This document shows, piece by piece, positions 47,333-55,663 of a stretch of DNA of 64,000 bases. Every line of letters begins with the position of its first letter. Position 1 is the first letter of the stretch. A model generated the notes under the pieces. The model was not told where the DNA came from. It saw nothing but the letters and a program-made list of their open reading frames with translations, and did not search any database. Origin of the DNA: Gemmatimonadota bacterium (GTDB lineage: Bacteria > Gemmatimonadota > Gemmatimonadetes > Gemmatimonadales > Gemmatimonadaceae); assembly GCA_040389905.1 (NCBI GenBank), contig JAZJZK010000002.1, positions 1-64,000 of the forward strand. Direction: 5' to 3'. A program made the translations under genes and the position numbers.

Positions 47333-49240
47333 TCACTGTTTGTGCGAGCCATTCTCCCGAATTCTGCCGATACCAACTCCGCTCGACGTGTAGAGCGCCA
47401 AGGCGATTCGCCCCGCAAGCAAATCATTCCTCTCGACCTCACCGAGTGTAAGCGTGCCACGCGCTGACACAGCACCGGGCCCAGCGAGCCGCCGTAGCAC
47501 TGGCCCCTTGTGCGCTGCACTATCCCGGTCGAGGCTCACGCCAAACAGCCGATCGGCCGGGACGCCCGCGACTCGCACGACGTAGTCGAGGGACCGGCGC
47601 GTCGCGTCGAAGGTAAGAACAGCCTGTGCGGTTGCCGACCCGACCTTCGCATTCGCCCGGAACTGCCGAGGCGCCGGCGCCTTGCCCGCTACGAGCGGAG
47701 GCGTTGTGCTCGGCGCGCGCCTTGGATGCACTGACTGTTCATAATCGTACGCGAGTGCGAGCAACCGGGCGTCAGCCAGCGGGCGGCCGAGCATCTCGAG
47801 TCCGATTGGAAGGCCATCCGGGGTAAATCCCGCCGGCATGCTCAAGGCAGGCAATCCCGTAACCGCGCTGAGTTGGCAATTTGCGCCGCGCTGGGGCTCG
47901 TTGATCAGCGCTGCCTTTCGGCGCATCGTCGGATACACGAGCGCGTCGTAGCGATTCGAGTCGAGGAAGGCGGCCACGAGATCGCGCGCAACCTTCCGTC
48001 GCGCAAGCGCGGCGCGATACGCGTCGCTATCTCGCGTGCCCATCGCGTCTCGCCTGCGGAAGGCGACGTCCAATGCGGTGTGATACAGCCCGCGCTCGAG
48101 GATCTCTGTCAGCGACTTCACCGGCGCGCTCGGAATGGTCGCAAGGAAATCGCGCAGATCGAACTTGAATTCATAGTCGATGACGCCGGCCGCGCCGATG
48201 AGGCTGTCCAGGCTGGGAATGACGACATCCGTCACGACGGCGCCGCGTGCCTTCATTCGTTCGAGCGCGGCACGAACGACCCGGGCGCCCTCCTGATCAT
48301 CCGCTTCGGTGCCAAAATGGGCCGTGAGCACGGCGAGACGCGCGCCGCGCAACGACGCCGAGTCGAGCGACGCAACGAAGCGAGGAAGTGGCTTGCCGTC
48401 GAGCAGTCGAGTTGCCGAGTCAGCCGGATCGGCTCCGATCGTCGCGTCGAGCGTGATCGCGAGGTCCGTCACGGTACGCGCGAGTGGTCCTCCCACATCC
48501 TGCGTGTGCGACAGCGGAACGATGCCACTGATACTCGACAAACCCTTGGTCGGTCGCAGCCCGAAGAGATTGTGGACCGCCGAGGGAATTCGAATCGATC
48601 CGCAGGTGTCGGAGCCCATGGCAACGGCGGCAAAGCTCGCGGCGATCGCGGCTCCGCTACCTCCGCTGGAGCCGCCCGGATTCCGGTCGGGATCGTACGG
48701 ATTGCAGGTCTGGCCGCCGAGGGAACTGATGCTCGTGATGCCGGCCGCGAGCTCATGCATGTTCGACTTCCCAAGAATGATGGCGCCGGCGTCGCGGAGT
48801 TTCTGAACCTGGAAGGCGTCGAAGCCGGTGCGCAAGCCGGCGAGGGCGATCGAGCCTGCCGACGTCGGCATGTCGGTGGTGGAATAGTTGTCCTTGAGGA
48901 TGATGGGAATGCCATGCAACGGACCACGAAACTTCCCGCTGCGACGCTCACCGTCGAGCCGCGATGCTTCGGAACGAGCGTTCGGATTGAGCGCGATCAT
49001 CGCATTCAGTGAGGGTCCGCGATGATCGTAGGCTGCGATGCGCGCGAGGTAAGCGTCGACGAGCGCGAGCGACGTGAGACGGCCGGCGTTCATCGCGGCC
49101 TGCAGGTCGGGAATGCTCGCTTCGTAGACGATGTCCGTCGCTCCGTTCGACGGTTGCCGCTGCCCGAGTGCGTTGTCAGGCGGAAGACAAAGTGCGAAGG
49201 CCACAAGAACGAACACTTGACGATGCAACGTTTTGGTCAT
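47333..49240 (-). CDS. Secreted amidase-signature family enzyme with a CHRD-like C-terminal domain
   Basis: LHGIPIILKDN, GKSNMHE, GGSSGGS, GSDTCGSIRIP; signal peptide. Confidence 0.9.
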   Translation of the reverse strand: MTKTLHRQVFVLVAFALCLPPDNALGQRQPSNGATDIVYEASIPDLQAAMNAGRLTSLALVDAYLARIAAYDHRGPSLNAMIALNPNARSEASRLDGERRSGKFRGPLHGIPIILKDNYSTTDMPTSAGSIALAGLRTGFDAFQVQKLRDAGAIILGKSNMHELAAGITSISSLGGQTCNPYDPDRNPGGSSGGSGAAIAASFAAVAMGSDTCGSIRIPSAVHNLFGLRPTKGLSSISGIVPLSHTQDVGGPLARTVTDLAITLDATIGADPADSATRLLDGKPLPRFVASLDSASLRGARLAVLTAHFGTEADDQEGARVVRAALERMKARGAVVTDVVIPSLDSLIGAAGVIDYEFKFDLRDFLATIPSAPVKSLTEILERGLYHTALDVAFRRRDAMGTRDSDAYRAALARRKVARDLVAAFLDSNRYDALVYPTMRRKAALINEPQRGANCQLSAVTGLPALSMPAGFTPDGLPIGLEMLGRPLADARLLALAYDYEQSVHPRRAPSTTPPLVAGKAPAPRQFRANAKVGSATAQAVLTFDATRRSLDYVVRVAGVPADRLFGVSLDRDSAAHKGPVLRRLAGPGAVSARGTLTLGEVERNDLLAGRIALALYTSSGVGIGRIRENGSHKQ

Positions 49241-49319
49241 CGAAGTACCGTGAGGTCGGAAACGCTTGCGTTTGCCTGCCGCGACCACCACAATAGTCCC
49301 TCCAGAACTTCGAGAGTCA

Positions 49320-49403
49320 ATGATGAAGAAGCCATTCGTTGCGCCCGTACTCACGAGCGAAGACCGACTCACCACGCTTGGTAGCTCGTCTGTTCCAACC
49401 TGA
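49320..49403 (+). CDS. 27-aa small ORF, RiPP-precursor-like (MMKKPFVAPVLTSEDRLTTLGSSSVPT)
   Basis: GAGAG just upstream; [FY]xxPxL leader-like motif; terminator directly downstream; below the ORF-track cutoff. Confidence 0.5.
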   Translation: MMKKPFVAPVLTSEDRLTTLGSSSVPT

Positions 49404-49421
49404 GTACCAACCGCGCACTTG

Positions 49422-49453
49422 AAATCGCCAGCCCCTTTTGGGCTGGCGTTTTT
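49422..49453 (+). terminator. Intrinsic terminator
   Basis: CGCCAGCCC-CTTTT-GGGCTGGCG followed by TTTTT. Confidence 0.8.
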
Positions 49454-49540
49454 CATTCAACGCCGAGCGAGCATAGCCGACGAACGTGAGGCACAATACG
49501 TTTGTCGCCGCAGCCAACTAAATGGAGTAGATCCGGATCG

Positions 49541-50818
49541 ATGACCGAGCTCGAGGCTGGTCCAGGAAATAGGGGCCACGCGCCCGCACTGGGGCGCTGG
49601 TGGCAACTGTTTCTCGGCGTGATCTGCATGTCGATGATCGCCAACCTGCAATACGGTTGGACGCTCTTCGTCAACCCGATCAACGACAAGTATCACTGGG
49701 GGCGGCCCGCTATTCAGGTGGCGTTCACGATCTTTGTGCTGGTCGAGACGTGGCTCGTTCCCGCGGAAGGCTACCTCGTCGACCGAGTCGGGCCCAAGAT
49801 GGTGGCGGTCGTATCGGGGATACTGGTCAGCGCCTCGTGGGTCATCTTTTCGTACGCCGATTCGCTGTTCCTGTTCTACGTCGGGGCGGCGGTCGGCGGA
49901 ATCGGTGCTGGTGGTGTGTATGGCGCGTGCGTTGGAAATGCGCTCAAGTGGTTTCCAGACCGGCGTGGGCTCGCAGCCGGACTCACCGCGATGGGCTTTG
50001 GCGCGGGGTCGGCGCTCACGGTCTTTCCCATTGCCGCGATGATCAAGACGGCCGGCTACGAGGCGACGTTCTTCAAGTTCGGCATCGCGCAGGGCGCCGT
50101 CGTGTTCGTGCTCGGGTGGTTCCTGCTCGCGCCGAATGCGGGCCTCAAGGTGCCAGGAAAGTCAGGTGCGGCGGCTGTGGCAGCAACGAAAGAGTACACG
50201 CCGACAGAGATGCTCCGGACGCCGGCATTCTGGCTCATGTATCTCATGTTCGTCCTCATGGCCACTGGTGGTTTGATTGCGACGGCGCAGCTCACGCCGA
50301 TCGCCAAGGACATGGGCATCGCCGAGTCACCGGTGTTCATCCTGGGGATCACGCTGCCGGCGCTGACGTTCGCGCTCTCGATTGACCGTGTGCTGAACGG
50401 CATCAGCCGACCGTTCTTTGGTTGGATGTCCGACCATATCGGACGCGAGAACACGATGTTTGTCGCATTCGGGCTCGAAGGGGTGGCCATTCTTCTTCTG
50501 AACCAGTTCGGCGGTTCGCCGCTTGCGTTCGTGCTGCTCACCGCGCTGGTCTTTTTCGGATATGGAGAGATCTACAGTCTCTTCCCAGCCACATGCGCCG
50601 ATACGTACGGTCGTCGCTTCGCGTCCGCGAACGCCGGGCTGCTCTACACCGCGAAGGGAACAGCGTCATTGCTGGTGCCGTTGAGCAGCCTGATGGCGGC
50701 CGCGATGGGCGGATGGCACGCGGTCTTCATGGCGGCCGCCGTGATGAACCTGCTGGCCGCGGCGCTGGCGCTCCTTGTGCTCAAACCGATGCGGACGCGC
50801 ATGACGAACGGGACATGA
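49541..50818 (+). CDS. oxlT: Oxalate/formate antiporter (MFS)
   Basis: ANLQYGWTLFV, GNALKWFPDRRGLAAG, RPFFGWMSD.IGRE, GEIYSLFP, LYTAKG. Confidence 0.92.
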   Translation: MTELEAGPGNRGHAPALGRWWQLFLGVICMSMIANLQYGWTLFVNPINDKYHWGRPAIQVAFTIFVLVETWLVPAEGYLVDRVGPKMVAVVSGILVSASWVIFSYADSLFLFYVGAAVGGIGAGGVYGACVGNALKWFPDRRGLAAGLTAMGFGAGSALTVFPIAAMIKTAGYEATFFKFGIAQGAVVFVLGWFLLAPNAGLKVPGKSGAAAVAATKEYTPTEMLRTPAFWLMYLMFVLMATGGLIATAQLTPIAKDMGIAESPVFILGITLPALTFALSIDRVLNGISRPFFGWMSDHIGRENTMFVAFGLEGVAILLLNQFGGSPLAFVLLTALVFFGYGEIYSLFPATCADTYGRRFASANAGLLYTAKGTASLLVPLSSLMAAAMGGWHAVFMAAAVMNLLAAALALLVLKPMRTRMTNGT

Positions 50819-51822
50819 AGATCGCCGTCGTGGGTGCCGGTGCGATCGGCGGGTACCTGGGAGGGTGGCTGTCCGCCGCTGGGGAGGATGTCACCTTCAT
50901 TGCGCGAGGGGCGAATCTCGACGCGATTCGGGCGAATGGCATGCGCGTCGTCGGTGAGGATGGCAGGGAGGTCGTCGCAACCGACACGCGCGCCTACGCG
51001 GACATGGGCGAGGCGGGCCCGCACGACGTCGTGTTGCTGACCGTCAAGGCGCATCAGGTGGCTGCAGTCGCCGAGGATCTTGGGCAGCTCTGTCATTCGG
51101 GGACGACGATCGTCACGATGCAGAACGGCATTCCATGGTGGTACTTCCACAAGCACGGTGGGCCATACGATGGTGCTGCTGTTCGCGCCGCTGATCCGGA
51201 TGGTGTCATCAGCCGTCATGTGGATTCAGAACGAATTATCGGGTCGGTTGTCTATCCCGCGGCAACGCTCGTCGCGCCCGGTGTTGTGCATGTTGTGGAG
51301 GGCCGGCGCTTTGCATTGGGTGAATTGAACGGGCAGTGGTCCGCGCGTGTGGAGGCGATTTCACAGCGTCTCGTGAAGGCGGGTTTCAAGGCGCCGGTCA
51401 TCGCGGACATTCGCAATGAGATCTGGCTCAAGGTGTGGGGCAACATGAGCTTCAACCCGATTAGCGCGCTCACGCATGCGACCCTGGTGGATTTGTTGCA
51501 GTTTCCGCTCACTCGGGAACTCAGCATTCAGATGATGAGGGAGGCGGAGGCGATTGCCGGGAAGCTCGGCATCACGTTCCGGGTTGGTATCGACAAGCGG
51601 ATCGCTGGCGCCGAGAAGGTGGGGGCGCACAAGACGTCGATGTTGCAGGATGTGGAGTCGGGGAAAGCGATCGAGCTCGAAGCGTTGGTTGGTGCGGTGG
51701 TCGAGCTTGGAGTTCTCACTGAGACACCGACACCGCATATCGATGCCGTGTATGCGTGTGCGTCGTTGCTGGCGAAGACACTCTCAGATTCTGGCGGACG
51801 TCTGATTATTGCTGGTCCTTGA
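50815..51822 (+). CDS. panE: Ketopantoate reductase-family protein (PanE2/oxalyl-CoA reductase candidate)
   Basis: VVGAGAIGG, QNGIPWWYF, IWLKVWGN..FNPISAL, HKTSMLQD. Confidence 0.88.
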   Translation: MKIAVVGAGAIGGYLGGWLSAAGEDVTFIARGANLDAIRANGMRVVGEDGREVVATDTRAYADMGEAGPHDVVLLTVKAHQVAAVAEDLGQLCHSGTTIVTMQNGIPWWYFHKHGGPYDGAAVRAADPDGVISRHVDSERIIGSVVYPAATLVAPGVVHVVEGRRFALGELNGQWSARVEAISQRLVKAGFKAPVIADIRNEIWLKVWGNMSFNPISALTHATLVDLLQFPLTRELSIQMMREAEAIAGKLGITFRVGIDKRIAGAEKVGAHKTSMLQDVESGKAIELEALVGAVVELGVLTETPTPHIDAVYACASLLAKTLSDSGGRLIIAGP

Positions 51823-52413
51823 CTGGCCACAAAGACGAAGGGCTCATGCGGATTCGACGGATTGAGCGGATTTCACGGGACGCTTCTCATTGGCGGTGCA
51901 GACAAGTCGGTAGAACTTTGCTTCGGGACCAAAGTGCAGGACCATGCCCACTTCAATATTGGTGGATTTGAGGTAGTTGTACGTTTGGCGAATAGAGATC
52001 TTGTTCATTTTGTACGTCGATTTGGTTTCGACGATGAGTTTGTCGTCGACGATGAGATCCATGCGTTGCGTGCCAAGTTCGTGACCCTTGTACATGACAC
52101 AAACCCTGTACTCTCGCACGACCTTATGACCGCGCTCCCGCAACTCGATTTCTAACGCCTTTACATACAGCCGCTCCAGAAATCCGAACCCGAGGGTGTT
52201 GTACACCTCGTAGAAGGCACCGATCACAGAGCGTGTGAGCCGCTCTTCGAGTAGTTGTCCTTTAGGCATGACCGAATCTTGCGAATCAATGCCTGCCATG
52301 CGTCATCAAAAAACAACGGCCGCGGTGCAAATCCACGCAACGAAACTCGGAACCATCCGCATAATCCGCTAAATCCGCAGAATCCGCATAGAACCCTTCG
52401 TCTTTGTAGCCAG
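51823..52413 (-). mobile_element. Putative mobile element: GxxExxY gene between ~55 bp terminal inverted repeats
   Basis: Left end CTGGCCACAAAGACGAAGGGCTCATGCGGATT..; right end reverse complement CTGGCTACAAAGACGAAGGGTTCTATGCGGATT.. (19 of first 20 nt match); lies antisense within an operon. Confidence 0.75.
51844..52269 (-). CDS. GxxExxY protein, PD-(D/E)XK nuclease superfamily
   Basis: LGFGFLERLY, RMDLIVDDKLIVETKS, QTYNYLK, LHFG; start 52269 or 52299. Confidence 0.93.
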   Translation of the reverse strand: MPKGQLLEERLTRSVIGAFYEVYNTLGFGFLERLYVKALEIELRERGHKVVREYRVCVMYKGHELGTQRMDLIVDDKLIVETKSTYKMNKISIRQTYNYLKSTNIEVGMVLHFGPEAKFYRLVCTANEKRPVKSAQSVESA

Positions 52414-52415
52414 CG

Positions 52416-53948
52416 ATGAGCCATTCACCCCAAACGATCACAGATCTCTTGAAGGCAGGCGCAGATGACGCGCCCGCCCTCAGCACCCCTGGCGGAACGC
52501 CACTTTCGTACAACGCGCTCCGCCAACTCGTAGCCGACACTGGCAAGGCGCTCAACGAAAAGGCCATCGGCGCCGGCGACCGTGTCGCGATCGTCCTCGA
52601 CAACGGCCCGGAAATGGCCGCCGCGTTCCTCTGTGTCGGCGCCGCGGCAACAGCGGCCCCGCTCAATCCGAACTACCGCGCCGACGAATACGAGTTCTAC
52701 CTCACCGATCTGCGTGCAAAGTTGCTCATCGTCGGAGCAGGAAAAGAATCGCCCTCGATCGGCGTGGCAGAAAAACTCGGCGTTCCCATCGCCCGCCTCA
52801 CGCCCCATCCAGACAAGGGCGCGGGTAGTTTCACAATCGACTTCGGTGATTTCTCGCCGACAGAAGGCGCTGGTGCAAGTCGAGAAGTCACCCCCGACGA
52901 CACAGCACTCGTGCTGCACACGTCCGGCACGACCTCCCGCCCGAAAATCGTTCCGCTCGCCCAGAAGAACATCTGTGCCTCGGCGCGCAATATCCGCCAG
53001 TCACTCGCGCTCACGGCGGACGATCGCGGCATGGTCATCATGCCACTCTTTCACATTCACGGACTCATCGCCGCGTTGCTCGCGCCGCTTTCCGCAGGCG
53101 GTGAGGTGTCATGTACGACAGGGTTCAACGCACTGAAGTTCTTCACCTGGCTCGATGAAGTGAAGCCGACGTGGTACTCCGGTGTGCCCACGATGCATCA
53201 GGCGATCCTCCTTCGCGCGCCCAACAACGCCGACATCATCAAGTCACACCGACTGCGCTTCATCCGTTCGTCGTCGTCCTCATTGCCGACACGAGTGATC
53301 ACGGAAGTCGAAGCGCTATACGGTGTCCCGATTATCGAAGCGTACGGGATGACCGAGGCGGCACATCAAATGGCCACGAATCCGCTTCCACCGAAAGTTC
53401 GCAAGCCGGGTAGCGTGGGCCCATCCGGCGGGCCGGAAATCCGCATCGCCGACGAGACCGGCGCCACGGTGCCTGCCGGCGCAACCGGCGAGATCGTCAT
53501 CCGCGGACCCAACGTCATGACGGAGTACGAGAACAATCCGAAGGCCAACGCGGAAGCGTTCTACGGCGATTGGTTCCGCACCGGTGATCAGGGCGTGATG
53601 GACGAGGACGGTTACGTCAGCATCACCGGGCGCCTCAAGGAGATCATCAACCGCGGCGGCGAGAAGATCTCGCCACGCGAGGTGGACGAGATCATCATGG
53701 AGCATCCCGGCGTCCACCAATGCGTTACCTTCGGCATGCCGCACGACATGCTCGGCGAAGACGTCGCGGCGGCCGTCGTGCTCAAGCAAGGCGCTGACGT
53801 CACCGACAAGGAACTCCGTCAGTTCGCCGCCGTTCGTCTCGCGGACTTCAAGGTTCCGCGAAAGATCCTCATCCTCACGGAGATTCCGGTGGGTGCCACC
53901 GGAAAGCTCCAGCGCATTGGCCTCGCACAGAAACTGGGACTCGGATGA
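52416..53948 (+). CDS. Acyl-CoA synthetase, oxalate-CoA ligase-like
   Basis: LHTSGTTSRPK, PLFHIHG, VPTMHQ, EAYGMTEAAHQM, KEIINRGGEKISP, TGKLQR. Confidence 0.9.
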   Translation: MSHSPQTITDLLKAGADDAPALSTPGGTPLSYNALRQLVADTGKALNEKAIGAGDRVAIVLDNGPEMAAAFLCVGAAATAAPLNPNYRADEYEFYLTDLRAKLLIVGAGKESPSIGVAEKLGVPIARLTPHPDKGAGSFTIDFGDFSPTEGAGASREVTPDDTALVLHTSGTTSRPKIVPLAQKNICASARNIRQSLALTADDRGMVIMPLFHIHGLIAALLAPLSAGGEVSCTTGFNALKFFTWLDEVKPTWYSGVPTMHQAILLRAPNNADIIKSHRLRFIRSSSSSLPTRVITEVEALYGVPIIEAYGMTEAAHQMATNPLPPKVRKPGSVGPSGGPEIRIADETGATVPAGATGEIVIRGPNVMTEYENNPKANAEAFYGDWFRTGDQGVMDEDGYVSITGRLKEIINRGGEKISPREVDEIIMEHPGVHQCVTFGMPHDMLGEDVAAAVVLKQGADVTDKELRQFAAVRLADFKVPRKILILTEIPVGATGKLQRIGLAQKLGLG

Positions 53949-55093
53949 CACAGACACCGCCTCCGCCGCTCAATCCTCCCGAGCGTCTTCTCATGGGACC
54001 CGGCCCGAGCAATCCGGACCCTCGCGTGCTCGCCGCGATGGGTGCGAATCCCGTCGGTCACCTCGATCCGTATTTCGTCGACCTGATGGACCATACGATG
54101 GGCGCCCTTCGCGGCGTCTTTCGCACGGCGAACCACCACACCCTGCCGATTTCTGGCACCGGGTCTGCGGGCCTCGAAGCGATCATGCTCAACTTGCTCG
54201 AGCCAGGCGACAGTGCGGTCGTCTGCGTGATGGGCTACTTCGGACATCGGCTTGCCGAGCTCGCGCGGCGCTCGGGCGCAGATGTCCGCACCATCGAAGC
54301 AGGACCGGGCGAGATCATCGATCCCGCCGCCCTCGACGCGATGCTTACCGAGCGACCAGCGAAGCTCGTTGCCTTCGTGCATGTCGAAACGACGACGGGC
54401 GCGTGCCAGCCGATCCAACCGATGGTTGCCGCCGCAAAGAAGCACGGCGCACTGGTGGCGATGGACTGCGTCACGTCGCTCGCCGGTATCGAGCTCGAAA
54501 TCGACAAGTGGGGTGTCGACGCCGCTGGTTCGTGCACCCAGAAGGGGCTCGGCGCACCGGCTGGATTGGGTCCGATCACCGTAGGGCCCGCCGCGATGGC
54601 TGCGGTGCGCGCACGGAAGCAGAAGCCGCACACCTGGTACCTCGATCTCTCACTGCTCTTTCAGTATTGGGGCGAAGACGGCGCCACGAAGAAGCGCGCC
54701 TTCCACCACACCGCGCCTATCCAGAGTATCTACGGCATTCACGAGGCGTTGCGGCTCGTTCTCGAGGAAGGGCTCGAGGCACGCTGGGCGCGCCATCAGG
54801 CGGCGCACGAAACGCTGCTGCGCGGACTTGATCGTCTCGGGTTATCGCTCTTCACGCCCGCCGCAAACCGGTGCGCGACGATCAACGTGATCAACACGCC
54901 TGAGGGCATCGACGAAGCGAAGGTCCGCACCCGGTTACTGGACCTTGGCGTCGAAATGGGTGGAGGCCTTGGTGTGCTGGCGGGGAAGGTGTGGCGAGTT
55001 GGCGTGATGGGCTACAACGCGCAGGACGCGCGCGTCGAGCGTTTTGTCGGTGCGCTGGAGGAAGCTCTGTCTGCGGAGGGGTGGAGAGCGTAA
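53945..55093 (+). CDS. Alanine/serine-glyoxylate aminotransferase (class V)
   Basis: LLMGPGPS, SGTGSAG, HVETTTG, DCVTSL, TQKGL, WRVGVMG. Confidence 0.92.
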   Translation: MTQTPPPPLNPPERLLMGPGPSNPDPRVLAAMGANPVGHLDPYFVDLMDHTMGALRGVFRTANHHTLPISGTGSAGLEAIMLNLLEPGDSAVVCVMGYFGHRLAELARRSGADVRTIEAGPGEIIDPAALDAMLTERPAKLVAFVHVETTTGACQPIQPMVAAAKKHGALVAMDCVTSLAGIELEIDKWGVDAAGSCTQKGLGAPAGLGPITVGPAAMAAVRARKQKPHTWYLDLSLLFQYWGEDGATKKRAFHHTAPIQSIYGIHEALRLVLEEGLEARWARHQAAHETLLRGLDRLGLSLFTPAANRCATINVINTPEGIDEAKVRTRLLDLGVEMGGGLGVLAGKVWRVGVMGYNAQDARVERFVGALEEALSAEGWRA

Positions 55094-55100
55094 CAACAGC

Positions 55101-55142
55101 AGGTGCAGACCCCTCGACTCGCTTTGCTCGCTCGGGGTGACA
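55101..55142 (+). repeat. REP unit
   Basis: AGGTGCAGACCCCTCGACTCGCTTTGCTCGCTCGGGGTGACA, near-identical to 16565-16610. Confidence 0.85.
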
Positions 55143-55159
55143 TTTGCCCGGATTGGGCG

Positions 55160-55657
55160 CTATGGCTTCTTCGACTCGATCCGGATTTCCTTGAGTGGAG
55201 CAAGTTCCGTTGGTAGCTCTGTGCTCCCGGCCGGAAAGCCATTCGACTTGAGTACGTACGCCAGCACATCGCTGATGAGCTGGCGTCCGTAAATGCCGGG
55301 ATCGTTCTTCGGCATCGTCGTGCGCACGCGCTCGTGGACGTCACCGACGGTGTAGCCGTTCCAGTTGCCGAGAAAGGCACCGCCGACGAGCGCGGGTGAT
55401 TCGTCGGCGCCCTCGAGCGAGGCCTGGTGGCACTTGGCGCAGTTCTGGTTGTACCCGGTCTTCCCACGCGTCGCCTGGTCTTCGGTGTACACGCTGTCCC
55501 AGACCGTACGACCAGGCCGCTGGCTGAGTGCGTGCCGCGGCGCGACCGTAAAGGCAGCGATGGCGACGAGCATGATCACACCAAGCGTTGTCACCCCGAG
55601 CAAGCGCAGCGCGTCGAGGGGTCTGCACCTCAGAGCTTTACCTCTCATCTCACGCAT
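55160..55657 (-). CDS. Periplasmic monoheme cytochrome c
   Basis: VYTEDQATRG, CAKCH, TMP, VLAYVL..NGFPAG; downstream of the PQQ dehydrogenase. Confidence 0.88.
   Translation of the reverse strand: MREMRGKALRCRPLDALRLLGVTTLGVIMLVAIAAFTVAPRHALSQRPGRTVWDSVYTEDQATRGKTGYNQNCAKCHQASLEGADESPALVGGAFLGNWNGYTVGDVHERVRTTMPKNDPGIYGRQLISDVLAYVLKSNGFPAGSTELPTELAPLKEIRIESKKP
55589..55631 (-). repeat. REP unit within the 5' end of the cytochrome c ORF
   Basis: TGTCACCCCGAGCAAGC..TCGAGGGGTCTGCACCTC. Confidence 0.85.
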
Positions 55658-55663
55658 CGCGCT

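Noticed and set aside
46816..47467. Several short ORFs in the repeat-rich gap
   Set aside because: Translations of palindromic repeats without RBS or domain motifs
49241..49456. N-terminal extension of the amidase to 49456
   Set aside because: The signal peptide begins at ATG 49240; the extension overlaps the small ORF and terminator on the other strand
51820..52416. Classical IS with target-site duplication
   Set aside because: No DDE, HUH or serine transposase motifs and no direct repeat at the flanks (TGA on the left, CG on the right)
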